Shown here one piece after another: positions 23,985 to 37,050 of a stretch of DNA of 64,000 nt (the stretch's first letter is position 1; each line of letters begins with the position of its first letter). Source of the DNA: Takakia lepidozioides (lineage: Eukaryota > Plantae > Bryophyta); the NCBI GenBank assembly GCA_030704615.1, contig CM060732.1, positions 67,270,001 to 67,334,000 on the forward strand, in the 5' to 3' direction. Position numbers and translations under genes: made by a program. The notes below the pieces were generated by a model. It did no database searches, was not told where the DNA came from, and saw only the letters and a program-made list of their open reading frames with translations.

Positions 23985-25860
23985 TCAGGACAAGATATGG
24001 TTCGTATGAGTTCTTGGTGATGTTTTTTGGACTCACCAACGCACCCGCGACCTTTAGCACGCTAATGAACAGCCTTTTCCAGGAGTGGCTGGATGACTTT
24101 GTGATCGTGTACATGGACGACATCTTGGTGTACTCGAAAACAAAGGAAGAGCACCTGGAGCACCTCAAAAGGGTGTTCCAGAAATTGTGGGAATGGAAGC
24201 TGTATGCCAAAGCTTCAAAGTGCGAATTCGGGGTCACAAAAGTGGAATTCCTAGGGCATGTGATTACACAGGATGGGATCAAAATGGATGACAGAAAGGT
24301 GAGGGCGATCTTGGACTGGGAACCTCCGACTTCGGTCCCAGGAGTGCGATCCTTCCTAGGACTCGCCTCCTATTACCGGAAGTATGTGAGAAATTTCGCC
24401 AAGATCGCGGAGCCGCTGTCAGACCTTTTGTGTAAATCCAAAGTCTGGGTATAGAACACCTTTTGTGGCCAAGCTTTTGCCGAGTTGAAGCAGCGGATGG
24501 CGGAAGCTCCAGTCCTCAAAATTCCGGAGTTCGACCGCCCATTTGAGATTCATACGGATGCGTCGGACTTCGCAATAGGGGGTGTACTCATGTAGGATGG
24601 ACGTCCAGTGGCTTACGAAAGTAAGAAACTGAATGAAGTGGAGCGACGGTGGCCTACGCATGAGAAGGAAATGAAGGTGGTGGTGCATTGCCTTGAGCTT
24701 TGGCGCCACTATGTTGGTTCCAACCCGGTGAAGGTGTTCACGGACAATGTCACGGTGAAGTATTTTACCACGCAGCCTAAGTTGTCCCCAAAACAACTTA
24801 GGTAGCAAGATACTTTGGCGGTGTTCAACGTGGATATCCAGTACAAACTGGGACGGGACAATGTGGTGGCCGATGCTTTAAGTAGAAAGCAGCAGCTCAT
24901 GTTGGTGTACAGGGGTGAGACGGCGCTCCAAAAGAAGATCCGGAAGGCTTACCAGAAGGATGAGATGGCAAAGTCCGTGATGCGGGACTTGAGGATGGGG
25001 GTTAAATCGCAGTTCCACTTGCAAAATGGACTGCTCCGGTACAAGCAAAAGCGTCTCTACGTGCCGAAGGAAGGGATCAGAGATAGTTTTTTGAGATAAT
25101 GCCATGATGGCCCGCTTGCGGGCCACGGCGGAGCCAAGCGCACCGCGGCACTCTTGAAAAAAGAGTATTTCTGGCCCAAACTGAGGGAGAAGGCCGAGGA
25201 GTATGTCAAGACATGCACCACATGCCAACAAAACTGGAGCGAGTATAAAAAGCAAGCAGGACTGTTACAACCCTTGCCGATTCCAGAGGGGTCTTGGGAA
25301 AGTGTCTCGATGGATTTCGTGACTGCTATGTCGCTGTCAAAAGGATTCAATGCAATCATGGTGGTGGGGGATAGGTTAAGTAAAATGGGTCATTTCATCC
25401 CCACCAAGGAGACGGCAACGGCACAGGAGACGTGACGACTTTATTTCGCCCACGTCTTCAAGCATCATGGACTCCCGAATGATATTGTCTCGGACCGCGA
25501 TCCAAAGTTTACAAGTAAATTTTGGAGGGCACTTTGGAAGAAAATGGGGACAAGGCTCAAGATGAGCACCGCCTTCCGACCTACGACAGACGGCCAAACG
25601 GAAAGGGTGAATTTCGTGGTGAAGCAGATCTTGCGGAATTACGTGTCGGCAGACCAATCGAACTGGGTGGAACACTTGAATGCGGCAGAGTTCTGGTATA
25701 ATAACACAAAACACTCCGCAACAGGAGTTTCCCCTTTCGTATTGGTCTATGGAAAAGCACCTCTGGTGCCGACAAGTTGGGCCGCCCAGGATGTTGAGGA
25801 ACCGGCAGCGGCGGCGGTACTAGAAGAACGCGAGCGTTTGTTGAAGCTCGCAAAGTACAA
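23985..25860 (+). mobile_element. Truncated Ty3/gypsy pol fragment (RT 3' half, RNase H, integrase), different family from the 2934 element
   Basis: [69 protein letters not shown]. Several premature stops; no LTRs seen. Confidence 0.9.
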
Positions 25861-26253
25861 CATTGTCTTCATCCACTTTCTTTCCGCAACGTACATCTCT
25901 GTGTTTTGTAAAAGATATCTTCCCGCTCATTTTCTGACTCGCATTGTGTCCTGCCCACAATCTCTACTGTGGCTGTGTTTTTCTGTCTCTGTATGTGGGC
26001 TTCTTTCGTTCTTTCTTCCACAACTAGATATGAATCATAGAATGCATCAAATGATGCTTGCTGTTCTTACCACCATCCCTGCGGATTAATGCACACTGTT
26101 TCCTTTCTCCATGCTGAGTTGACCTGATGTGTAGAGGTAGGCAAAAGACACTTCTGAAATGGAATCTGCATTGTTGTTGTCTTGGTTTTGTGTAGAGTAT
26201 GATTGTGGCATACGTTGATATACATATCTTTTTAGGTACTTTGATAATTAGTG

Positions 26254-27150
26254 TCATCCATATGATCTTGTCAGCCACAGAGGAGATGAAGCTCTCCCAA
26301 GAATCCACAGCTCTTTTGACTTCATTTCTTGCACTGCCAGTCTTGGAGCAAATAGACAAAGTGAGGGAGAACCTCTTGCAAGGCCTGGACATATGCAGCC
26401 TTGACCTCGAAATTTTTGTATGTGCCACTTCCAAATCAAACATTTCACAAATCTTTTGGTGTTGGGGAAACACCTTTTGATCTTAGTCCAAACCAAGACG
26501 TGGTCAGAGGTACTAATATCAGTTCTGTTAATCAACACACTGGCAAACAAACTCTTGTCCACTATGATATCTGTTCTGTTCGTAATATCAAATCATGCCG
26601 TAATGGTTTATCATGGATACCACGGTATCCCTTAAGCTTGGTAATCCACAATGGATGGTTCGTCAGTTTGGGCTTTCAGCTCAAAATGGGTATTGAAATG
26701 ATGAAGCTCCAAAAATATATTACAATTTGGTAGGTCCATAAAATTGAGGATAGATGGGTAGATTCCCTTGTAATATGTATGGAACTCAGCTTGTCAGCTT
26801 AAATGGGCATAAAGAACAGCCCCAGCTTTTACTTCTTCACAGCAGAGCAAGACCTCCGTGTGTTGCTAGCCAGAGCTTTCAACTTGACCTCAAGTCCAGT
26901 GCATTAGGTCTCCTTTTGACCTATTATTCAAGGTTGAAAGTTAAAGTTCTTTGGGACAGTTTATTTGACCGTCTTCCGTTAGAAATTCAGTTCATCCTCA
27001 CCAAAAGGCCCAATGGTGGGGCATTGAAGTCACCCAATAAGACCACCTCACCTTTGACAAGGAACTTAGCACAGTTCAGCTGGCAATTTGATTGAGAGTA
27101 GGGGTCTATGTTCAATCACCACTTCTACTTTCCATATTGACATGTGTAAG
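26254..27150 (-). pseudogene. Degenerate APE-type endonuclease remnant of another LINE
   Basis: EVVLLGDFNA (~27020-27050) and TDIIVDKSL...TSDHVLVWTKIK (~26480-26575). Confidence 0.6.
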
Positions 27151-27160
27151 CAACTGCAGG

Positions 27161-27841
27161 ATGATGGCGGCCATGCGGGAGATTTCAGTGCGCTTTCATG
27201 CTTTGGGTTTGCGAAGATTGGTGCCATCTAGGTTGTTCAGCTCCAACGATGTACCATTCGAGTCTCTGTACAAGAAGGTTGAGGAACTTGCTGCTGAGGT
27301 CTCAGAGCTGAAGATTGAATTGAAGAGGACGGTGGCTTGGGTGGATAGGATGTTGCCGGTTTATTCTACGATCTTGACGCGCTCCGCCTTGGGTGAATGC
27401 GCCGCAACAATTGAAATTTATTGAAGTTTTTGTTATGTCTAATTTTGAACTCCACTTGTATTAATATTTACAAATTGTGTTTCCAAATGCCCAGAGCATT
27501 AGGCGGAGAAATCGGTGGCAAGTGGGCAAATATCAGACCACGGATCCGCTACAGCCAATATCCGTGAGCTCACTGTGGGCGATCAGGAGTTCATGAGGAC
27601 CCTTAGAATTGCTCTAAAGCACCACCGGCATCAAATATTCAGAGAGCTTCGTGATGTGTACAAGCTACTCTCGTACGACATCCACTACCATTATGATGAG
27701 TCCATAGTGGTAGATGTACGCCTGGGGTCACCTTTCACCTTTCACCAAGCCTTCGTGGTCTGCGCGATTTTTGACCGCGCAGAGATCAGATACCAGTTCT
27801 ACTCCGAGAAGGGAGAGCCAACTGCGTCTCCCACTGAGTGA
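27161..27841 (+). pseudogene. Small two-exon gene or pseudogene of unknown function with a coiled-coil stretch
   Basis: Two GC-richer coding-like blocks separated by an AT-rich GT..AG segment (~27393-27494). Splicing joins them in frame but leaves a TAG at 27500-27502. Confidence 0.35.
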
Positions 27842-29309
27842 GTCAACATTTTATTTGCTTCTATACATATTTGCACAATCTTGATATGTGATTGTGAATA
27901 TTTTGCAGAAGATAATGGTCGTGGTGCGGACGTATGGTCGAAATTTCCAGTGGATGTGCAAACTGAATGAGAGAACGAAAGGAGAACAAGAGCAAGAGGA
28001 GATGTTGAAGAATATTTCTAACACTTATTGTTGTTTCTAAGTTATGTGTTTTGGTATTTTATATGTATTTGCAGGCACAGATGGAGTACTTGAAGGGCGC
28101 AGGACCTGTCTCATTTTGTGGTTATGTCAGAAATTTTGTACAGAACTGCTTTATTCAGCCAAGATAGTCTGAGAATATAGTGTAGATTCATGTCTGAATT
28201 CTTGAAACTAAATATTTTTGACATGACTGGTTTGATGCAACGCAAATTATTTGAGTATGTATTGTGAAATCATGTTTGAATATATTTGAGCGAGTAGTCC
28301 ACTTTGTCCCTTGAAATGGGGGACTTTTGGTGAAGAGTGGAGTGGTCTGGAATGTGTAAAGCATAATTTTTGAATGACGGTTTTAGTAATGCACTTGATC
28401 CCACAGTTGCAGAGTGGAAAGTAAGCACTCCTGTGGTCCATCTGTGCTGCCTGGCAGTGTCGTGAATCGGTGTCCCTTGCTGCTCACTGTCCTTGTGCCC
28501 AGCCACGTGCCATGGGTCCATTTATGTAGTACCAGCAGGGGGAGGGGAGGGGAGAAGCAATGCGAGATGGAGAGACGCCACAACTTAGTTGCAAATAGCC
28601 TGCACCCCCTGTCATGTACTTTGTTGGTCCAGAATTGATGCTTGAGTGAGTGCGAGTCATTTGGGGGTGCTCATTCGTAGTAGGCAGAGAGAGAGTGCTA
28701 CTATAAGGTAGGGGTTGATTGATGTTGCTGTCCTTCGCAGGTCTTCTTGTACTGCAAGGTAGTGAAGTTGATGTGAGTCTGTGGCTCGTGAGTACATTTT
28801 GTAGGTGTCGCAATCAATGACCAAGCTCTTGTATGCCCTGCTCTGCTCCTCTTGTGCTGAATGTTGGTGAAGTGAAGCTGTGGTTCCGATATGGTAGATG
28901 TGTTGTGCAAGTCCAGCAACCATCCACGAAGCTTTCGATTGCAGGCCGCCTGTCCATAAACCATCCAAAAAACTGGAGTAAGAAGCGCATAACACTACGG
29001 TGTATTGAGGAAGGAGGCCTGGCTTGCAAGCAAAGGCCAGAGCCCATGCAAGAAGAAAATTTATTGGCTACTAGCAGATGCTGCACATTGTGGAGGAGAT
29101 AGGTGCAGCAGGTGTCTTCTTCCCTTGGACGACGGGAGTGACACCTGGGTTGCGGGTGAGGGAGAGATGAGAGATTATGGGTTGCACTGCGATTTGAAGC
29201 GGGTTGGGGGAGAGAGGAGGGAGATGAAACGGGGTGGGACAGTAGGAGGAGTGAGGGGAAAAGTGCAGTGGTGGAGGCGGGGGTTGCACTTTGCGAGCAT
29301 GTGCAGCAG

Positions 29310-29575
29310 CAGGGGATGCAGGGGCATATGTTCTTGGACATAACCTTAAATTTTATGAGGAAGGACTATCCGCTCTATCGGATTATACTCTTGCAGTCTT
29401 CGCACTTCCATTTACTTCTCTCAGGTCCCTGGACAGAGTACAGAAAGCTGCAAATCGAACTGCAGATTGATGACCCTTCTGTGAGCGCGGAGGGGCTGGA
29501 GATTGCCTTCTCCTACATGTATGGTATGAGCCCAGTTTTCACTGGAGATAATGTGATGGCAGCACTGGTCCTGGG
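29310..29575 (+). pseudogene. BTB/POZ domain fragment (germ-cell-less-like type)
   Basis: DITLNFMRKDYPLYRIILLQSSHFHLLLSGPWTE...IDDPSVSAEGLEIAFSYMYG; truncated downstream. Confidence 0.7.
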
Positions 29576-31174
29576 TGTTTTTGTTGGATGGAGTTCTGTG
29601 ACAAGTGTGTGCAGTGCATTGTAGCCAACTTGAGGGTGGACACTTTTGTTGCTTACCACTAGCTGTCCGAGCGGCATCACTATGGCTGGTTTGCCGACCT
29701 GATAAGAAATGCTTGTTGGACATTTATTTGCCCGCATGCATCACGTGAGGTCGTTCATCTCCTTCCAAAGCTTTCTTTGCAGGTGCTTCCCACCACTCCA
29801 CTTCCCTCTTTACACCCTGCCATTCCACCTGATTTAGTAATCCCATCAGCCCCAAGTGTGGCATTCAATATGGTTTGGGCAATCAGCGGGTGTGCGTGTG
29901 CATAGCCCTATCCAGGAAGGTCTTTCCATTGCAGTGAGGGTCTAAGTTCGGTGGAATTTAGGGGTTGTATGTGTTGCTCCTGCACATGACTCTGAGTCTG
30001 TCATTCAGAATTCTCGGGTGATGTTGAATTTGAGAAGGAAAGAGGTGAACAAGCCTGAGACTCATGACGTGTTTATTTGGAGAGGAATAATTCACACTGT
30101 GCCTTCTAAACTTGGCGAATATGAGGATTTGTTGGGTGCATATAGTCGGTTGGTCTTAATTACATCAATTGTGCCTGGAAGTGACATGGAATCTACTGGG
30201 GTTATGGAGGAGAATTCTAACGTGCTTGGCACTTGGATGGCACTTACTTCGGGAGCCCATGTATGTCCAGATGTCACCCGGATAATCATTGCTACTGAAG
30301 TCTTGAGTGGAGAATCATTTTGTCTGAGCTATAGTACAGATATGTGTCGGTACAGTATCTCCAAAATAAAAAATTCTTAGGTCACGGGATATGAAATCCC
30401 CAGACGTAATTTCCATGTGGATGAAACATTTATGTTCTGGAAATTGGTGGTGAGGATTGGATTTGACGCCCACCAGTTCGCAAGCATGGGGTTTGGGACA
30501 GAAGGACATGCACTCATTTTGGCACAAAGATTGTCGAGCAACACTTTTAATGAGGGAATTCTATGATCATACTCTGAAGTGTGAGAGAAGTCAAGAATTT
30601 CTAAGGTGATGATGATCTGAGACATCAAGAATTGTAGCTACAGCAACCAGTCAACGAATTTGCAGATTACTTCATTACCTACACAGGCAATGGTTTGTCT
30701 CTCCCTCTTAGTCATCATGGTTGCCACCTGTGAGAGAGATGATTAGTCACAACCCTTGTTACTACCAGCTAGTGAAGCTGGTTTGGCACCTTACTAGGTG
30801 GACAACGCGTACAGAGACCACAGGATAAAAGGTGCATTGGCAGGGTTTTATGTGCGTCGGTGGGGGTTCGGATTTACCAGACAGACAGGTAGGTACTAAG
30901 AGGGACTGAATAATGTTGTTGTGTGGCTGATCTAGCTCGTTTGGGGAAATAGTCCTTGTGTAGATGTTATATAGGCTGTTGAAATCAGATGAACTGTGGG
31001 TTCTCAGTGAATCATAGTGCAGACTGGAAGTTGGCACGTGTGAAACCCACTGATATTGTTTCAGAATGCCCAGGTGGAAAAGGTAAAAGGTCAACACTCA
31101 CTCCAACGGGAAGGCTGCGTGGAATCTGACAGTCATGAGCAACAACAACAAGAGAAACACAATGAAGGCTGATA

Positions 31175-31340
31175 GCTGGGAAACCCGGATCAATAATTGT
31201 TTATTCAAAGGTAAGTCTTACTAGCCGCATCAGCCTCTGACAAAGGTAGGTTCTGTCCCTTTGTGTTCCGCTCTCACCGGGCGCGGGTCAATGGCCACAA
31301 GGCTACAACAAACAACGTCTTATGAGTACATTCTCTATCT
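31175..31340 (+). mobile_element. 3'-end fragment of a dispersed LINE family
   Basis: Matches 41435-41520 and 47900-48062; tail atggccacaaggctaca..aacgtc..gagtacattctct also occurs at 57310-57357. Confidence 0.7.
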
Positions 31341-32239
31341 ATGTCCCGTGCTGATACTGGAAGGCTATAGCAGCAGTGGCTTAATGATCGTCATACTCTG
31401 CACGATCGATGCTCTCTAGTATTAATAATACTCCTTTCCTTCGAACCTGCTTGCTAGCTGTGGTATAGCAGTGGGCTCAACCCCCCCAACCAGGTATGTC
31501 ATATCAAACGTTCGCAGGAACAATGGGGATACAGAGGCGGTCATAGCAAGGAGATGTGAAAACAGATGTGTAGGACATCGACATTGGGGTTGAATAAACG
31601 AACAGAAGAAACGACAGGCAGTGAACAAGTGACACACACAAACGCCACTGAATAGATGAAGATGAGAGATTGTGAAAGTACAGAAAGATCAGGGAGCTGC
31701 AATTTGCACTCAAGGAACTCAACTACCAACACCTAATCCCCATTGAAGCAACGAAGCAACCTATATCCAGACAGAGCAAATGACACTGGTAACGGTAAGA
31801 GTAGAGAGACAATGGCATACGTTTGACCAGCCAAAACCAAAGAGAGAGAACGTTGACAGGGGCCTATGAATGGCAATATCGAATTTGACCTCGGCTTCAG
31901 ACTCGAGCTACTGGGTCTTCTTGTTCTGGAAATTTTCCTTTGCCATCCAGTATTCTTCATGATCCCTGCAAAGACAACACTGATGGGTCTTAGTTTGTTC
32001 TTCACAACATGAGCCCATGTTTTTGAAAAGAGAGACAAAGAAACAGTTCTCGAAACAGTCTACAATGAAAACTAGAACATGTTCCCATGAGTGGAATAGA
32101 GAAAGGGAAAGGAGGAAAGGGAAGTGGCAAGAAAGGGTCAGCAAACTTGTCTGAGTTCTCGAGAGCCTGCAATCAAAGGCGAGGAGGTCTTTGTTAGTGT
32201 ACTTGTTCTGAGCAAGGCAGCCGAAGATGGCGTTCTCGT

Positions 32240-32630
32240 CGTGTATACATGTCTTGAATCCGTAGTATGGCAGGCTGTTGACCTACCCAAGAGGCCTTGC
32301 ATGATGCATGTCTTGGGATACTTACAAATGGCAAAGAGTGAAGCTGCAATATGTTTTGTCATGCCCAAGAAGTTTACTTGGTTACATGCTTGAAATCTGA
32401 TTAATTGCAGGCTGGTCCTTCAAGGTACCTGTATGAACATATCTTTGAATCTATAGTTGTCATGCCCAAGAAGTTTACTTGGTTACATGCTTGAAATCTG
32501 ATTAATTGCAGGCTGGTCCTTCAAGGTACTTGTATGAACATATCTTGAATCTATAGTAGAACAGGTTGTTCTTACCTGCCCAAGGAGCCTTGCATGATGC
32601 ATGTCTTGGGGTACTTACAAATGGCAAAGA
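32240..32630. repeat. Tandemly duplicated sequence that continues at 40287-40470 beyond the CACTA element
   Basis: catgcccaagaag...gcaggctggtccttcaagg and ccttgcatgatgcatgtcttggg recur on both sides of the CACTA element. Confidence 0.8.
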
Positions 32631-33879
32631 TCCACTAGAAGAAAAATGTGGAATAACCACTGGCCCTTTAACCACTACTGTCTTTTTCCACTCTATAAAC
32701 CACTAGTAACCACTTGCCAGTGATTAATCCCAATGAAATGCCACGGTGGCATCACATACAGTGGTTGGAAGTGGTTTCAACCACTCCGTAGTCCACGTGT
32801 AATAATTTGTTTTTATTTATTATTATTTATTTGCTAATACATTTTAATTAATATAATATAATATTCCACGTGGACGAGTGCAGTGGTACATTGTGAGTGG
32901 TAATAGACACCTCAGTGATGGGAAGTGGTTGAAACTACTTGCTACTCCACGTGTAATAATTCAAATTTATTTGTGATTTATTATTTGGAAATATATTTTA
33001 ATTCATAAATATAATATTCCACGTGGACGGGGACAGTGCACGTTGATCTTGAGTGGTTAAAGACACCTCATTGATTTGTACCACTTTGACAGTGGTGGAG
33101 AGTGGTGGAGAGTGGGTGGTGAAAGATATTGCAGTAATTGGAACCACTATGCTAGTGGTTGCTCATGAGTGGTTGCCTACACAACAGTGATTGGTACCAT
33201 TTTTTGGGTGATACATGAAAAACTTTAAGTGGTTTGTGCAGTTGTGACAGACTTAGAAAAACAGACAAGTGGCCAGACCATTGTGGGATGATGCTATTGA
33301 ACAAATGGTTCCAACAATAAACTTTATTCTGAATCTGAAACATATTCGTCACCCTCTGAATCACTTTGCTCAACTGGAATAGCGGTTGGTTGCACAAATG
33401 CCGCTTGAATGGTAGCCAATATAGCCAGATCTTCTTTATTTAGAGCCGTGGGACCATCTAATGACCTAGGTATTGGCTGATCTGATAAGGTAGACGTCGA
33501 TTGGAACGCCACTCATCACCACATGCCTCTCTGTCTGCTGTGAACTGTGCCTTCTCTGTTGCATACTTTTTGTCACAAAATGGCAACAAGAATGACACAT
33601 GTTAGCAATGAAGTATTGCATTACTTAGCAAAAAATACCTAGCATGAATGATACTTTGAAAACCACTGTTTCAAACCACTGGAGGAGTGAGCAGAATGAC
33701 TTGTAAATGAACATGCTCTTCCAAACAAGTCACTCACTCAGACATTCCGTTACTACAACATTGGTTATAATCAGGATGAACCACTGACATTTGTGACTTT
33801 GTGGGTGGTTTGATTACACTGGTGACAGTCAGAATTGAAATTGAACTTGATATGAATAAGGTGCAATGAAAAGAAATAC

Positions 33880-34209
33880 TCACTGCGTCCAAAGAGCCAT
33901 GACATTGGTATTGTTCAGCACATACAAAATTTGTGTTGCATCTCTCCTAGCTCCAGTCATGTCCCGCTTTTTGCCGACACCTTCAAAGACCTCGTCCTCA
34001 ACCCCTTCCTCCGCATTTGCATCCCAAGTCCGCTGTTGAGTTGCATCAAATGATTGCATATACTCAGTCATGAACCCCATGGCCTCATCCAGAACATACC
34101 CTGCAGCCGTACTCCCTTCTGGCTTTGCATAATTCCTAACGTATCCCTTAAGATCTTTCATGTAACGCTCCATGGGATACATCCACCGTGAAGACATCGG
34201 GATGAACAA
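33880..34209 (-). pseudogene. CACTA transposase (Tnp2, DUF4218 region) remnant
   Basis: RWMYPMERYMKDLKGYVRNYAKPEGSTAAGYVLDEAMGFMTEY. Confidence 0.85.
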
Positions 34210-36499
34210 TTTTGTTTATCTCCATGGAATACATCTATGTGCTCACTTGTAACCACTAAAATGAATTTAAAAAAAAAAATCAAAGTGCAAAAGATTAAAA
34301 AAAAACACATCGGCTGGTAAGTGCAGAGTGTGTCGCCCTGGTGGTTCAGGGTTCAAACCCGCTGCATGACTCCATGTGTGGGATTGTTTGTGACGACGGT
34401 ATGTCTGGGCGTTGATCCTCCTGTAAGTCTCATGGCCCATAAATGAAAGGGGGTTGATTTTTCCCCCTCCTCAAGGGCCTGAGGTTTTCTTTAAATTTTA
34501 TTTTAAAAAAAAATTTGCTTATAGGGTTTGTGAAAAGGTTAAAAAACTTAAAAAATTGCCCATCACGTATGTACAATATATACATACTTTTGGGGGGAAA
34601 TTTCAAATGTATGCATGTAGCGTACTAGTAAGGGCTCTTCCTACGTGTCGCGGGGTCGCGGGTTCAAACTCCTCGCGTGCACTAAGCCCCACTAAGCCCC
34701 ACTTAGCCCTATCGTTGTTGTGCACACTAAGTCCTCGTGTAGGTTGGTCTTAGCAGGTCGCGTTTCAATCTCTGCTCGCTCAGCTGCACCGTGGTGGTTC
34801 TCATGGACAATCCGACATTACCTGACTACAGACACAAGCAGCACACACAAGAGGTCCGTTTGGGTTCATGGTCTGTCAAATCCTCCATGGGTCATGACAC
34901 AAGGTTGACGACAATGTGGTTAGGGCACCTTCTTCTTCGACCTATTTCAGCCTGTTTTGCCCTCCCATCAGACTCGGCCCTGAATTTGTAGCATGGAGCA
35001 AAGCTCGCACGAGTTTTTTACGATCCTTCATGATGGTGGGACAATCGCAATCGCAAGGTGTGGCTTTTTCTTAATGTAGGATATGAAGAAGTTTGTCCAT
35101 CCTGCAAATGTGGGCTTTTGGCTCCTGTTAGTACCATGATTTGGTATTCTTCCTGATGTTTACAAGGTTCTTGGGAGAGTCAGCTTGGTCTTAGCAGGTC
35201 GTGTTTCAATCTCTGCTCGCTTAGCTGCACCATGGTGGTTCTCATGGACCAATGCGATGTTTTTTTTTTCCCTCAAGCACTAAGCCCCACTAAGCCCTAT
35301 CGCTGTTGCACACTTAAGTCCTCGCTGATGTTTACAAGGCTCTTGGGAGAGTCAGCTTGGTCCAGGGTATGCACAACAGGGACGTGGGATGGAGGCTTTG
35401 GAGACCTATGAGCAAATGATGGGGGAAGCACATCGTGTTTGTGTGCATTTGCAATGCTTGTGCAAGCCTGGCAGCCCTGGAGAAGGGCAAGAGGTGCATG
35501 GGGATATCATCAAAGCTGGAATTGTGCCAAATGTCAATCTGAACACTGCCCTGGCAGCTTTGGAAAAGGGGAAAGAGGTCCATGGCGACATCTTCAGAGC
35601 TGGAATTGTACCAAATGTCATTCTGAACCATACCCTGGTGGACATGTTTGCAAAATGTGGGTGCAAAGGGATCTAGGATCTAGGATGCAAAGGGAATGTT
35701 CGACACTATGGCTGAACGAGATGTGGTGTCGTGGAGTGCAATGCTGGTCCAGGGTATGCACGGTAGGGACGTGGGATGGAGGCTTTGGAGACCTATGAGC
35801 AAAGGATGGGGAAGCTCATCATGTTTGTGTGCATTTGCAATTCTTGTGCAAGCCTGGCAGCCCTGGAGAAGGGCAAGAGGTGCATGGGGATATCATCAAA
35901 GCTGGAATTGTGCCAAATGTCAATCTGAACACTGCCCTAGCAGCTTTGGAAAAGGGGAAAGAGGTCCATGGCGACATCTTTAGAGTTGGAATTGTACCAG
36001 ATGTCATTCTGAACAATACCCTGGTGAACATGTTTGCAAAATGTGGGTGCATCTAGGATGCAAAGGGAGTGTTCGACACTATGGCTGAACGAGATGTGGT
36101 GTCGTGGAGTGCGGTATGCATTTGCAATGCTTGTGCAAGCCTAACAGCCGGCCTGGAGAAGGGCAAGAGGTGCATGGGGATATCATCAAAGCTGGAATTG
36201 TGCCAAATGTCAATCTGAACACTGCCCTAGCAGCTTAGGGGAAAGAGGTCCATGGCGACATCTTCAGAGTTATTATTGTACCAGATGTCATTATGAACAA
36301 AACCCTGGTGAACATGTTTGCAAAATGTGGGTGCATCTAGGATGCAAAGGGAGTGTTCGACACTATGGCTGAACGAGATGTGGTGTCGTGGAGTGCGATG
36401 CTTGCATGGTATGCACGGCAGGGATGTGGGATGGAGGCTTTGGAGAGCTATGAGCAAATGATGGGGGAAGGGGGGGCACCTTCTTCAATAGCACAATGG

Positions 36500-36730
36500 C
36501 TACGAGTGGGTAGATGGTCAACTGGAAACAGCAATGGCAGCAGCGCAATTGATAGAACAAGGCCCACTGCTAATGAAGGTACCTTCTTCAACATATTTCA
36601 CCCTGAATTCCCCTGCTATCAGAGTCGTCCCTAAGTATCCAAAAACAGGTAACAGATATGTGAAGAAGCTGTGGGATGAATACTTTTCTGACCCCAGTAA
36701 CTGGTGGGACAACCAAGGCAAAAAGGTGAA
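36500..36730 (+). pseudogene. OSB/PDF-like motif fragment (second copy at 37699-38050)
   Basis: WVDGQLE...KKLWDEYFSDPSNWWDNQGKKVN; second copy WINSYKKPA*VDG...EKLWNEYFSDPSQWWDNRGK. Resembles the PDF motif of plant organellar ssDNA-binding OSB proteins. Confidence 0.65.
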
Positions 36731-36779
36731 TGCCTGTCAGATTACAGAGTGTAGCAGATGCAATTGACCATAGGAACTA

Positions 36780-37050
36780 GTGTGATAAGTTGAGTTGGGT
36801 GCAATTGCACTCTCCCTTTCCTCTCTGCTTCTGTTTGCTATTCAAAGGTAGGATTCCTGCCCTTAGTTTAAATTTCAGTTTGGTGCTGAGAGTGGGTAGA
36901 CCCTTGAGGTCATCCATGATGTCCTCCCCTATGTCACAGACTGGAAACAAGTCTAGGGAAGTTTTCTGCCCAACTTCATTTTCATCAGACAATTTTCTGG
37001 AAACGGACATGGCTTTGGACACTACAACCTCTAAGTCAGTAGGGTTGGGG
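36780..37050 (-). mobile_element. LINE 3' fragment nested in the CACTA cargo
   Basis: LSDENEVGQKTSLDLFPV...KLKFKLRAGILPL...GECNC is homologous to 40992-41200. Confidence 0.75.

Noticed and set aside
30000-30630. Interrupted minus-strand frame as a gene remnant
   Set aside because: Two listed ORFs share a frame but have several stops and no recognisable motif.
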